A DNA stretch of 63,241 bases, filler included, from Chiloscyllium plagiosum (lineage: Eukaryota): NCBI RefSeq assembly GCF_004010195.1. It is 4 parts of one record of this genome, joined end to end, with 100 filler letters (N's around TTAATTAATTAA, not from the genome) between each part and the next. Parts side by side here need not be neighbours in the genome. Positions count along the whole stretch, not along the records: positions 31,532 to 56,552 come from NC_057710.1; positions 56,653 to 63,241 come from NC_057710.1; 2 more parts are not named here. The stretch is one strand, 5' to 3'. A program made the position numbers and the translations under genes. Below are positions 47,700 through 59,305 of the stretch, piece by piece (within the stretch, counting starts at the first letter, position 1; each line of letters begins with the position of its first letter). Under the pieces are notes generated by a model, which saw only the letters and a list, made by a program, of their open reading frames with translations, had not been told where the DNA came from and made no database searches.

Positions 47700-50600
47700 A
47701 CAGCACAAAGATGGCCTTTTAGCACATCCATGCTGACCCTTGAAGGAGTAACTCACTGGCTGCCATTGCCGTTTTTCCAAGTAGCCCCGTTTCTTTTTTT
47801 TGTTTTCAGATAATGATCAAATTTATTTCCAAAACTGTCTGTCTCCACTATACCTTCAGGAAGTGTACTCCAAATCCTAGTCATTCGCCCATGAGTAATA
47901 GCTTTTCATGTCAGCATTGTTTCTTTTGCCAATTACATTAAATCTGTGCCCACTGCTTATTGGTCCTTCCATCTCATCTACTCTGTTCAGATCCCTCATT
48001 ATTTTAAATACCTCAATCAAATCTCCTCTCAATCCTTTATTCTCTCAAGAGAATGGTTGCAACTCCTCCAATCTTTCTATGTGGCTGAAGCTCCTCATCA
48101 CTCCAGAATCTTTTCTGTATCCTCTTCCTGTAATCCAGAGGGTTGGAAAGTGTAGAGAAACTAGAAAGGTGGTAACAAGAAATTTGGGCTATAGCAGAAT
48201 GCAAACAAGGCAAGGAAATAGAATGATTCCTCTCAAATGATTTCACATCTTTCTTAAAATGGAGACTCCAGAACTAGATGCAGTGCTCTAGTTGAGGTCA
48301 AACTAATGTTTACTACAATCAGTTTTATATAGGCAACTGCGCCCTTGCCAGAGCAGCAAAAGTAACACTCCATGATAAAGATTACATGGAGAAATGAAAG
48401 AAGGATAAATAAGAGTTTAGATATCCAATGAATACCCAATATGAAGGGCTAAGATTTGCAAGTCAATGAATTGGGAAACAAGCTAGAGAAAGTGACCTGG
48501 ATATGAAATTTTAAGCTTTGCACCAGCTTATGCCATTTACAAACCATCAGCATGAGCTGGAGACGGCATCTAAGGAGGGATTAGAGCTTTTGTCAGAACT
48601 GGACAGGATAGATTCAGTCTGGCCTCTGCTGTAAGACTATATGGCTCATCGACAGCTGGGCATCAGCCACTGTTGAGATGAAAGCCAATCTGGCTCACCT
48701 ACGAGTAGATACAAAAGACAATGCGATACACCTGAGACACGGAATCAAATGTGGCAGTGGAGGTTAAGATGGGTATCAAATGCACACATACAAAAGCAGA
48801 GTTCTTTTTGCAGAAAATGTTAATGGAAATTAGAGTACACTGAATTGGAGGTAAACTATTGGGTAAATAGGATACTGGTTTGGAGATGAAAGACACAATG
48901 ACTATATACACTTAATTGGCGGGATGTGACTACTGGTATCCTGTAGGAATCTATACTGGGCTACAGCCATTCATTATAGATATGAATGTCTTGAATGAAG
49001 GATTAGACATTTGTGTACCTAAGTTTACAGCAGACACTAATAGGGTAGGACTGCAATTAGTATAGATGGAAGTTCTAAGGGGAGAATGTTAGATTAAATG
49101 AGTAGACAAAAAACAAAAATGGTGGATACAGATTAATGCAGCAAAGTGAGAGTTCATCCACTTTGAACCCAAGATAGATAGATCAGAGTACTTTCGAAAC
49201 AGGGAGATGCTAGGAAATGTGAATGAGCAAAGAGAAGGGGTACAAGAACAGAAATCACTAAAAGTAAGAGGTACAAAAACTAATTTAAAAAGATCTTTAT
49301 TCTGCATTTGAATCATCCTGCTTTATGATACATGGAGGATATGTTTATATGTTTTTCATTTTATTAAACTATTCAAAGCCACATGATGGATGAAAATATT
49401 AAGAGGCATCATAAAATGAATATAAAAGTGCATTAATATAATTTGGTCATTTTGGAGATTTTCTTTTCCCCATTGCTATCTTTTTTCTCTCTCACTGGCA
49501 ATTGCTATGACTACTTAATTGTTAAAAACTAATTTAAAAGATGGTGGAATTGAATTATTTCAAAGTGCTGTAATTCAAAAGTGTTGAAGTTCAGTTACTA
49601 ATAAAAGCAAATACTGCAGATGCTGGAAATCTAAAACAAACACAGAACGCTGGAGAAATATCAGCAGATCTGAAAGCATCTATGGAGAGAAAATCAGTTA
49701 CTACTTTGAGAAACTCAGTGGGTCCAGTATCATCTGTGGAAAGAAAGCAGAGTTAGAGTTCAGAGGCCCTTCTTCAGAACTGAGTTGATGTTGCCAGACA
49801 TGCAGAGTTTCTCCAGCAATTACTGTTTTTGCTTCAGACCTTTAGCATCCACAGTTTTTTTGTTTTATTTTAACATTTTGAGTCCAGTATGATGAAATTC
49901 AGAATCAGAAAATAGAAAATACATCATACTGGACTTGAAACTTCATTTCTCTGTCAATAGAGACTGCCAGACCTACTGAAGTTCAGTTACTGTTGCCAAA
50001 AACAGTGAAAGCCCCGCCTAGAAAATGACATTTAGCTCCAAGCACAGCACCACCTGAAGAACATCAATTCTTTGGTATGGTGCTATGAAGGCTTCCCAGA
50101 ATTACAACTGGACAAAAAGGGGTACAAATGAAGATTGAATAGATAAGATTTTTTATTCCTTTGAACATAGAAGATCAAAGGGTGACCTAATTGTGGTGTT
50201 TAAGATAATCAAGTTAGAGCAGATGATCACAAGATGTAGGAGCAGAAGTAGGCCATTCAACCCATCGAGTCTGCAGTGTCATTCAATGCGGTCATGGCAG
50301 ATCTGATAACACTCAAACCTGTTTTCCTGCTTTTTCACTATAACCCTTAATACTCCAACAAATTAAAAATCTGTCTGTCTCAGCCTTGAATATACATAAT
50401 GACCCAGTCTCGGCAGCCCTCTGTGGTATAGAATTCCAGATTCACTACTCTCAGAGATACAACAGCTCCTCATCTGTCTTAAAGGTGCAACCTCTTATTT
50501 AGAGATTACGCCCTCTGGTCCTAGATTCTCCCACAAGGGAAAGCAACCTGTCTACATCTACACTGTCAAGTGCCCCAAGAAATGTGTATGTTTCAATATG

Positions 50601-51200
50601 GTGGCTTCTCATTCTTCTAATTTCCAATGAGTACAACCTGCTCAACTTCACCTCGCAAGACAATCTCTTTGTTGTCAGCTATTACCTATTTTCTTAAACA
50701 TCTGCCACTGTTCCTCACCATCTTTGCAGCTACATTCCTTTCCGAGTCCACCCCAGCCAGATCTGCCCCCATTCCTTTGTAATTAACCTTTTAAAGCTTA
50801 GCACAGCTGTTTCCAAGCCAGGTTCCATCACCTCAAGACTAATGTGAGATTCTAACATTTTATGGCCACTGTTTTCTTGGGGATCTTTTGATTTCTTAAT
50901 TTATTCTCTGTCTCACCATACATGTTAGGAAGCCCATTAACTATTGTCAATCTCTCTTTTCCCTTCTTATTTCTTATCTCCAGCCTATTGATTCTATATC
51001 TACTGATTCAACATAATTTATTGCTCTAGTACTGATTTCATCCCATACAAATAATGCCACCCCACCACCTTTCCTTCCTGTTTGTTTCTTTGAAAAGTCT
51101 CAAACTCCTGAGTATCTCATTCCTTGCTTTGATTTCCTTGTAACCTTGTCGTCATAATGGCTTTAACATCATACGCATTAACCTGTATTTGTGGCGTTAA
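47700..51200. mobile_element. Cluster of old CR1 fragments in both orientations
   Basis: Decayed RT motifs (KFTADT, gggtgacctaattg, cacaagatgtaggagcagaagtaggccattc). Confidence 0.6.
49600..49982. mobile_element. Nested old fold-back Penelope-derived elements
   Basis: Repeated aaatactgcagatgctggaaatc...cagcagatctg arms, their inverses, and cccttcttcagaac / ggacttgaaac hammerhead remnants. Confidence 0.6.
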
Positions 51201-51217
51201 TTAATTTAATAATTCGT

Positions 51218-51520
51218 AGGGTAGCACTTTGCCTCTACATGAGAAGGCACTGAGATCAATGCCCACTATAGGATGGCACAACCTTAGCTGACAGTCCAGC
51301 AGATCACGGAGGGTATGCCACACTGCTGGAGGTGCTGTTTATTGGATAAGACATTGAACCAAGTCCTTCTGTCTCAGATGGAGACAAAAGATCCTGTGGC
51401 ATCATTTCAAAGTAAAGATGAGGCTAATATTTAGTCCTCAATCAACTTTATTTTTAAAAAAATCATCTGGTCACACATGCACTGCTGTTTTTCGGAGCCC
51501 ACTGCACCCAAATTTGCACT
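51218..51520 (+). mobile_element. Deu-domain SINE (SacSINE1/AmnSINE-like)
   Basis: tRNA-like head, then ggaggtgctg...agatggagacaaaagatcctgtggcatcatttc...ggctaatatttagtcctcaatcaac (Deu-domain-like). Confidence 0.65.
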
Positions 51521-51544
51521 ACAGGATATGTGGTAGCCATGTAT

Positions 51545-52505
51545 ACGTGACACTGTGGTCATGTTACTGGAATAGCAATACGGAGGCCTGAACTAATGCT
51601 CTATAGATATGACCATAAGACACAGGAGCCATTCAGCCCATTGAGTCTTCTCCACCACTCAATTAGACCATGGCTGACCTGACGTTTCTTATCTCCACTT
51701 TCCTGTTTTGTCCCTATAACCTTTGATTCCCATGCTGATTAAAAATGTCTATCTCAGCCTTGAATATACAATTAACGTCCCAGCCCTAACACCCTTCTGC
51801 AGTTCACAGATTCACAGAAGAAATCCCTCTTCACCTCTGTCTTAAATGTGCAACCCTTTATTCTATGATTATGATCATTAGTCCTCGACCCTCCCATAAG
51901 GGGAAACAATCCTTCTACATCTTCCATGTCATCTTGCATGTTCCAATAATAGGTTGCCTCTCATTCCAACAAGTACATGCCAAACCTACTTAAACTTTCC
52001 TCATACCTGGGATTAGCCTAGTTAACTTTCTCTGTACTGCCTCCAATGCCAGTTTATAATTCCTTAAAATTCTTGGACTTTAAATTCCACCACATTAGCT
52101 GGTAAATTTAAATGAAATTAAATAAAAGGTAGATTTAACATTGAAACTACCAGACGGTCACAAGAAATCACTTGTTTCACTGATGTCGTTTAGAGAATGA
52201 AACCTGCCATCTTTTTTGGCTCAATCTGTATGCTAATGGATTCCCAGAGATGTATATAATACACTAAAATGTTCCAGTTAGCCACTATGCTGTTCCAAAC
52301 CCACCAATAAAGTGAGGAAGGAGTGGTGGAATGAAAATGTCCCGACACTATTAATTCCTTAGGGAAAGAAATCTACTATCCTTACTTAGTCTGGCCAGCA
52401 TGTGATTCCAGATCCACAGCCATGTGCTCAATTCTCAACTGTCCTCTGAGCAATTAGGGATGGAGAATAAATGCTGGTGCGCACACATTCCATGAATGAA
52501 TCAAA
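51545..52505 (+). mobile_element. SINE(s) with second-family LINE tail, interrupted by a minus-strand CR1 3' end (51613-52060)
   Basis: gtggtcatgttactgga...ctaatgctct head; agggaaagaaatct..atccttac...gcaattagggatgg..aataaatgctgg tail. Confidence 0.55.
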
Positions 52506-53565
52506 AAAAGCCTTCAACAGGGATCAGGCCAAGGCCTTCACACAGTGCCTGGTGGCAAACTTTATGTTTTAGCAATGGTTAGATGCAACAATCCATGGCA
52601 GCAATGCAGTGATAACCATTCCCAAAACTATCTGCAGCATAACCAACATTGTTATCCTTTGCAAGATTTTGTGACAAAAAGTATATATTCCTATCGCTGT
52701 TAACCATCTTTCTTATCGATGGTACATTGAGCTGGTGATTATGGTCTGTTAGGGAAGACTCACTAAAGCAGGTGAGCTTAATATTAATAACGTTTGCATC
52801 TACTGAAAGCAAAGTGCGGGCTGAAAAGATTTGTATGGTTCCGAAAAATGTCTATTTGCAATTAACTCTCAGTGGGGAGAATTCAGCATGCTCCCTCCAA
52901 TTAAGTTTTCAAAATGCTGAATTAAGTGTCAGCTAACCTTGAAATCCATAGAATAGTCACGATCTTTCAGTCCTCTTTCCTGATAGCCAGTCAATATTTC
53001 CCAGCCTCTGTAAAAGCTCAGCTTGCAGCCATTTATGAAACTATTCTTTACTTCTGCTACTTCTCTGTGCTATGTCCACTTATAACCTTCATTATTTCGT
53101 GTTTAGGTCTACTTAACCTTTTCACCATATGAAACAACCAGTCTCCATTGCAGGCATACTGTTGCTGCAGAGTGCATTATCTGCAGGATCCACTGCATCT
53201 TTCAGCAACACCTCTGAAACATGCAACCTCTACCATTAGATGGCCAAGGGCAACAGACACTTGGTAACACCAATGTTAAGTTCTCATTTAAATCAATCGT
53301 CACCTTGTCTTGCAGTTTCAAAACCTGAAACTCACTACCTAATAGCACAGTGCAGGACCTTGCGTTATGTCTGCACATCATAATTTCTCAAGGATAACCT
53401 TTGGTGAATAATATACATTGACCATAATAAAAATGCCCACATTTCAAGAATCATTATTTGCAAATATACTCTGTCAGATATCTGAAATAATTATTATAAA
53501 TACCCTTCATAATTCTTCCCCAATACCTGCGCTGTTTGTACTGGTAAGCTATAAGGAAAATAATT

Positions 53566-55572
53566 AGAGTCATAGAGATGTACAGCATGGAAACAGACCC
53601 TTCGGCCCAACGCGTCCATGCCAACCAGATAGCCCAACCCAATCTCGTCCCACCTGCCAGCACCCAGTCCATTTCCCTCCAAACCCTTCCTATTCATATA
53701 CCCATCGAAATGCCTCTTAAATGTTGCAATTGTACCAGCCTCCACCACTTCCTCTGGCAGCTCATTCCATACACGTTCCACTCTCTGTGTGAAAAAGTTG
53801 CCCCGTAGGTCTCTTTTATATCTTTCCCTCCTCACCCTAAACCTATGCCCTCTAGTTCTGGACTCCCCGACGCCAGGGAAAATACTTTGTTTATTTATCC
53901 TATCCATGCCCCTCAATTTTGTAAACCTCTATAAGGTCTAGATTGGGTTGGGATATCTCGTCGGCATGGACAAGTTGGACCAAAGGGTCTGTTTCCGTGC
54001 TGTACATCTCTATGACTCTATTAAGGTCACCCCTCAGCCCCAGCCTGTTCAGCCTCTCCCTGTAGCTCAGTTCCTCCAACCCTGGCAACATCCTTGTAAA
54101 TCTTTTCTGAACCCTTTCAAGTTCCACAACATCTTTCTGATAGGAAGGAGACCAGAATTGCACGCAATATTCCAACAGTGGCCTAACCAATGTCCTGTAC
54201 CGCCACAACATGACCTCCCAACTCCTCTTCTCAACACTCTGACCAATAAAGGAAAGCATACCAAACACCTTCTTCAATATCTTATCTACCTGCGACTCCA
54301 CTCTCAAGGAGCTATGAACCTGCACGCCAAGGTCTCTTTGTTCAGCAACACTCCCTAGGACCTTACCATTAAGTGTATAAGTTCTGCTAAGATTTGCTTT
54401 CCCAAAATGCTGCGCCTCGCATTTATCTGAGTTAAACTCCATCTGCCACTTCTCAGCCCATTGGCTCAACTGGTCCAGATCCTGTTGTAATCTGAGGTAA
54501 CCCTCTTCGCTGTCCACTACACCTCCAATTTTGGTGTCATCTGCAAACTTACTAACTGTACCTCTTATGCTCACATCCAAATCATTTATGTAAATAACAA
54601 AAAGTAGAGGGCCCAGCACTGATCCTTGTGGCACTCCACTGGTCACAGGCCTCCAGTCTGAAAAACAACCCTCCACCACCACCCTCTGTCTTCTACCTTT
54701 GAGCCAGTTCTGTATCNNNNNNNNNNNNNNNNNNNNNNNNNNNNNNNNNNNNNNNNNNNNNNNNNNNNNNNNNNNNNNNNNNNNNNNNNNNNNNNNNNNN
54801 NNNNNNNNNNNNNNNNNNNNNNNNNNNNNNNNNNNNNNNNNNNNNNNNNNNNNNNNNNNNNNNNNNNNNNNNNNNNNNNNNNNNNNNNNNNNNNNNNNNN
54901 NNNNNNNNNNNNNNNNNNNNNNNNNNNNNNNNNNNNNNNNNNNNNNNNNNNNNNNNNNNNNNNNNNNNNNNNNNNNNNNNNNNNNNNNNNNNNNNNNNNN
55001 NNNNNNNNNNNNNNNNNNNNNNNNNNNNNNNNNNNNNNNNNNNNNNNNNNNNNNNNNNNNNNNNNNNNNNNNNNNNNNNNNNNNNNNNNNNNNNNNNNNN
55101 NNNNNNNNNNNNNNNNNNNNNNNNNNNNNNNNNNNNNNNNNNNNNNNNNNNNNNNNNNNNNNNNNNNNNNNNNNNNNNNNNNNNNNNNNNNNNNNNNNNC
55201 TTTATACTCTTCTAAGGATTCACTCGATCTATCCTGACTGTACCTGACATATGCTTCCTTCTTTTTCTTAATCAAACCCTCAATTTCTTTAGTCATCCAG
55301 CATTCCCTATACCTACCAGCCTTCCCTTTCACCCTGACAAGAATATACTTTCTCTGGATTCTTATCTCATTTCTGAAGGTTTTCCATTTTCCAGCCGTCC
55401 CTTTACCTACGAACATCTGCCCCCAATCAGCTTTTGAAAGTTCTTGCCTAATATCGTCAAAATTGGCCTTTCTCCAATTTAGAACTTCAACTTTTAGATC
55501 TGGTCTATCCTTTTCCATCAGTATTTTAAAACAAATTGAATTATGTCACTGGCCCCAAAGTGCTCCCCCACT
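53566..55572 (-). mobile_element. Young CR1/HER1 LINE ORF2 (5'-truncated, gapped)
   Basis: 260-aa RT ORF with GVPQGSVLGPLLFVIYINDL and KFADDTKIGG; intact 3' end. Confidence 0.93.
54717..55199. other. Assembly gap (N run)
   Basis: Run of N. Confidence 0.99.
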
Positions 55573-55867
55573 AGTAATCATGCCCAGAGTAAAGGTCTCA
55601 ATATCTATTCCACACCCCAACCTTAGAGATAAAATCATGCTCACCTCAAGCGCCGGAGCCAACGTTAGGCCCCACAGCGATACCTCAAGCCATCTTACTT
55701 GTAGCAATAACTTACACAGTACCTGAAGTAACACAGCCTACTGCTGAATCTGTAGCAACACCACCACTGTCATAGCAACATGTCTCCCAGCGCAGTACTC
55801 TTAGTAACATGCCTCAGCCGCTATACACATTATTACGAGGAGACAATGTTGGACTGCCGTAGACAAA

Positions 55868-56172
55868 GTTAAAAATCACAACACCAGGTTATAGTCCAAC
55901 AGGTTTATTTGGGAGCACCAGTTTTCAAAGTGCAGGTCCTTCATCAGATAGCTATGGAACGGGATCATAAGACACAGAATCTATAGGAAAAGATTACAGT
56001 GTCATACAACTGAAAAGATATATTGAACAATATATCATTCAATATATCATTTCAGTTGCATAACACTAAACTTTTGCTATCCAGATCTACCCGATGAAGG
56101 AGCAGCACTTCGAAAGCTTATGCTTCCAAATAAACCTTTTGGACTATAACCTGGTGTTGTGAGATTTTTAAC
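55868..56172. mobile_element. Fold-back Penelope-derived element, second subfamily, with hammerhead-like motifs in both arms
   Basis: Arms gttaaaaatcacaacaccaggttatagtccaacaggtttatttgg / ccaaataaaccttttggactataacctggtgttgtgagatttttaac. 56091-56119 reads CCGAUGA-A-GGAG-CAGCA-CUUC-GAAA-GC-UU. Confidence 0.8.
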
Positions 56173-56552
56173 ACAATACACATTGACATTCCCTTGCTGC
56201 CCCCCACACACACACAATCATTAACCCTTCTGGTGTATCTTCAGTACTTGTACTTGTTGTAATATGCATCACTTCTGTAGACATAGCAAACTTCTCACAC
56301 CTATTGCATTCACAAGACCATCATCTTTCACACCCCCTCCCAGCACCCATGGGAGAATCGCGCCCGACCCCCCCTTCCCCCACCCAATCAGCACCCACGG
56401 GAGCAATCCGCCACTTCCCAGCACCCAGTAACATTCCGTGTCAACACCCACTATTCACATTAACATCTTTCCCAAACCCATCACCCGCAGTAAAATTGTA
56501 CAGTATCCACACTCCATCAGTGCACCCTTACCCCCTCACTCAGTATCTCCCA

Positions 56553-56652
56553 NNNNNNNNNNNNNNNNNNNNNNNNNNNNNNNNNNNNNNNNNNNNTTAA
56601 TTAATTAANNNNNNNNNNNNNNNNNNNNNNNNNNNNNNNNNNNNNNNNNNNN
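56553..56652. other. Scaffold linker gap N44-TTAATTAATTAA-N44
   Basis: Same construct as the other two linkers. Confidence 0.95.
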
Positions 56653-57053
56653 GGAGTGGGTGTGATGGTGGGGGGAATGGGGGTGGAGTCATGAGCAGGT
56701 GTAGTGTTCCCCTCGGGGTTCTGGGGTCTGTGGGGGGCATGTCAGCAGAAAGCAGGTGAGTGGCGCTGATGGGGGTGGAAGTGTTGGTGACCACGGCAGT
56801 AGGGGTGGCGGAGGTCACTGGAATGCCAGCACATTGTCCACTGACATACTGGACCTTATTCTGATGTATGTAGCACAAGCCATGCCTTGTAAATAGAGTA
56901 GGAGTTTGTGAATGTGATAGAATTATTGAAACCGTGGCTTCCCCACCTGCCCACATCACTCAAGAAAGGCAGCACAGACTATTAGAGCATGTTGCCAAAT
57001 ACTTACAGTACAAGTTGAAAGTAAATCAGCTCCATGGCCTTGTAAAGTCTGAG

Positions 57054-57371
57054 ATTAGATTAGATTAAATTAGATTTTCAACAGTGTGGAAACAGGCCCT
57101 TCGGCCCAACAAGTCCACACCAACTCTCCGAAGAGTTACCCACCCAGACACTATATTTGCCCCTGACTAATGTACCTAACACAATGGCAATGTAGTACGG
57201 CCAATTCGCCTAATCTGCATATTTTTGGATTGTGGGAGGAAACCCAAGCAGACACTGGGGGAATATGCAAACTCTGCACAGAAAATCACCCGAGGCGGGA
57301 ATCAAACCCAGGTCCCTAGCACTGTGAGGCAGCAGTGCTAACCACTGAGCCACCGTGTCACCATGCCACCC
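57054..57371 (-). mobile_element. HE1-type V-SINE
   Basis: (attag)n tail, V-domain, tRNA head. Confidence 0.88.
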
Positions 57372-57434
57372 ATTAAAAGCTGTTAGAAAACAATATTAAG
57401 GTGTTAATCATATATAAAAAGCAAGAGTCATCAA

Positions 57435-57660
57435 GACCCTCTGAAGAGCAACCCACCCAGATTCCCCTACATTTACCCCTGACTAATGCACCTAATACTA
57501 TGGGCAATTTAGCATGGCCAATTCACCTAACCTGCACATCCTTGGACTGTGGGAGGAAACCGGAGCACCCAGAGGAAACCTATGCAGACACGAGGAGAAT
57601 GTACAAACTCCACACAGACAGTTGGCCCAAGGCGCGAATTTAACCCAGGTTCCTGGCGCT
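57435..57660 (-). mobile_element. HE1-type V-SINE (partial)
   Basis: V-domain ggactgtgggaggaaaccggagcacccagaggaaacc. Confidence 0.85.
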
Positions 57661-58014
57661 CTTGGATAGTCTTTGAATTTTGGCCCATAAATAACACATT
57701 TAAGATTGCCTGTGATCCCCTTTATTTCACAGATGAGATTGTTTCCAATCTGCAATGACCAATAACCTGGTCAAGATTGTAGTTGACATAGTTGGTCACT
57801 GCATGTGTTTCACATGCAGAATTCAATGATTACAGATATCCTAAGCTTGTACTGTGTAAGTGCTTGATTAATGCAATCTTCCCTTGAAGGGCCTCACATC
57901 ACACACATGTAGAGGCTGTATCTTCTGTCCAATTTGCATGTGATGCCTGCCACTTTTCGTTTCATTATATTTTTGCAATTTAGATGAGAATGGAAGGAAA
58001 CATTGGTCCTGAAG

Positions 58015-58148
58015 CCCTGATGAAGGGCTCCTGCCCGAAACGTTGATTTTCCTGCTCCTTGTATGCTGCCTGACCTGCTGTGCATTTCCAGCACCACTCG
58101 AATCTTGACTCTAATCTCCAAAATCTGCAGTCCTCGATTTCACCTAGA
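58015..58148 (+). mobile_element. Solo Penelope-derived terminus starting at a hammerhead motif
   Basis: 58017-58044 CUGAUGA-A-GGGC-UCCU-GCCC-GAAA-CG-UU, followed by the family arm and tail. Confidence 0.78.
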
Positions 58149-58281
58149 GTTAACCATGTCAACCCCCCTTATGAAGCACTGCCCTTAATTAAAGTCACAT
58201 TGGTGGTGATGTCAGTGACCCCTGCCCCAACTCCTGAAATAAACTGTATTCCCACTGCTTTATTGTCTGTCACCCATATAG

Positions 58282-58410
58282 CCCTGAAGAAGGGCTCTGG
58301 CCCGAAATGTCGATTTTCCTGCTCCTCGGATGCTGCCCGACCTACTGTCCTTTTTCCAGCAACACACTCTCAATGCTGATCTCCAGCATCTGCCGACCTC
58401 ACTGTCTCCC
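58282..58410 (+). mobile_element. Solo Penelope-derived terminus starting at a hammerhead motif
   Basis: 58284-58311 CUGAAGA-A-GGGC-UCUG-GCCC-GAAA-UG-UC, followed by the family arm and tail. Confidence 0.75.
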
Positions 58411-59098
58411 ACTCATACATGTAGAGATGCCTCACATCATAGTTATTGTCCCACAACATCCCAGGTTGCTGCCTCCAGTCCCTACAACTGACTTGCCCAT
58501 CACACCACTGGTTTCTGATAACCTGCCTTGCCTTTCAATAAGTACGTACCCAGGACTGACCGTGGTCCAAACTTCTGAGCAACTTGGAATGACAACCTCC
58601 ACTGAGAAGTGATTAGACCCCTGATTGATATCTGTGCTGCTCACTGACTGATTTCCACCAATCCCTGGGCTGGTTGCCCTGCATCTGCAGGACTGGCTGT
58701 GGCCTACTTGTTGGGCAGTAATAATATGGAACTCCTGACCTAAGCAGCAGACTGAACATGTCCCAAGTTTCTGAACTGAAATCGGATGCCGTCCTTGACT
58801 GTGACAACAACTCCTGTTTGCTGATGGTCTCCCTTGGCTTGACTGACTTGGTTGAAGTGTTTTTACCATGTTAGCTGCTGGCACATGCTGTGCGTGTGAT
58901 ATTCCATATCATGGTGCTATATAGCAAGACCTCCTCTCTCCCCCAACTAATCAACAATGGCATGCTGCCTAGCTTTTTATTGGAACTAAAAGATAATGTT
59001 AGACAGCAGTACTGAAAAAAGAGAGATATGTGGATGCTAGAAACCTGAAACAATGTGACAGGATTATTGAAACTTTGGCTTCTCCAACCTCCCACATC

Positions 59099-59305
59099 AC
59101 TCAGCAGATCTGGTAGCATCTTTGAAGAGAAATCGAGAGTTAACCTTTTGGGTACGGTGACCCTTCTTCAGAGCTGAAAACATTCTGAAGAAGGTTCTGA
59201 GCTGAAGTTCAGAACGGAGGGTCACTGGACCTGAAATGTTAACTCTGGTTTCTATCCACAGATGCTGAGACCTGCTGAGATTTTCCAGCAATTTCTGTTT
59301 TTATT
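59099..59305. mobile_element. Old fold-back Penelope-derived element
   Basis: Inverted arms with gacccttcttcag and gggtcactggacctgaaatgttaac. Confidence 0.65.
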
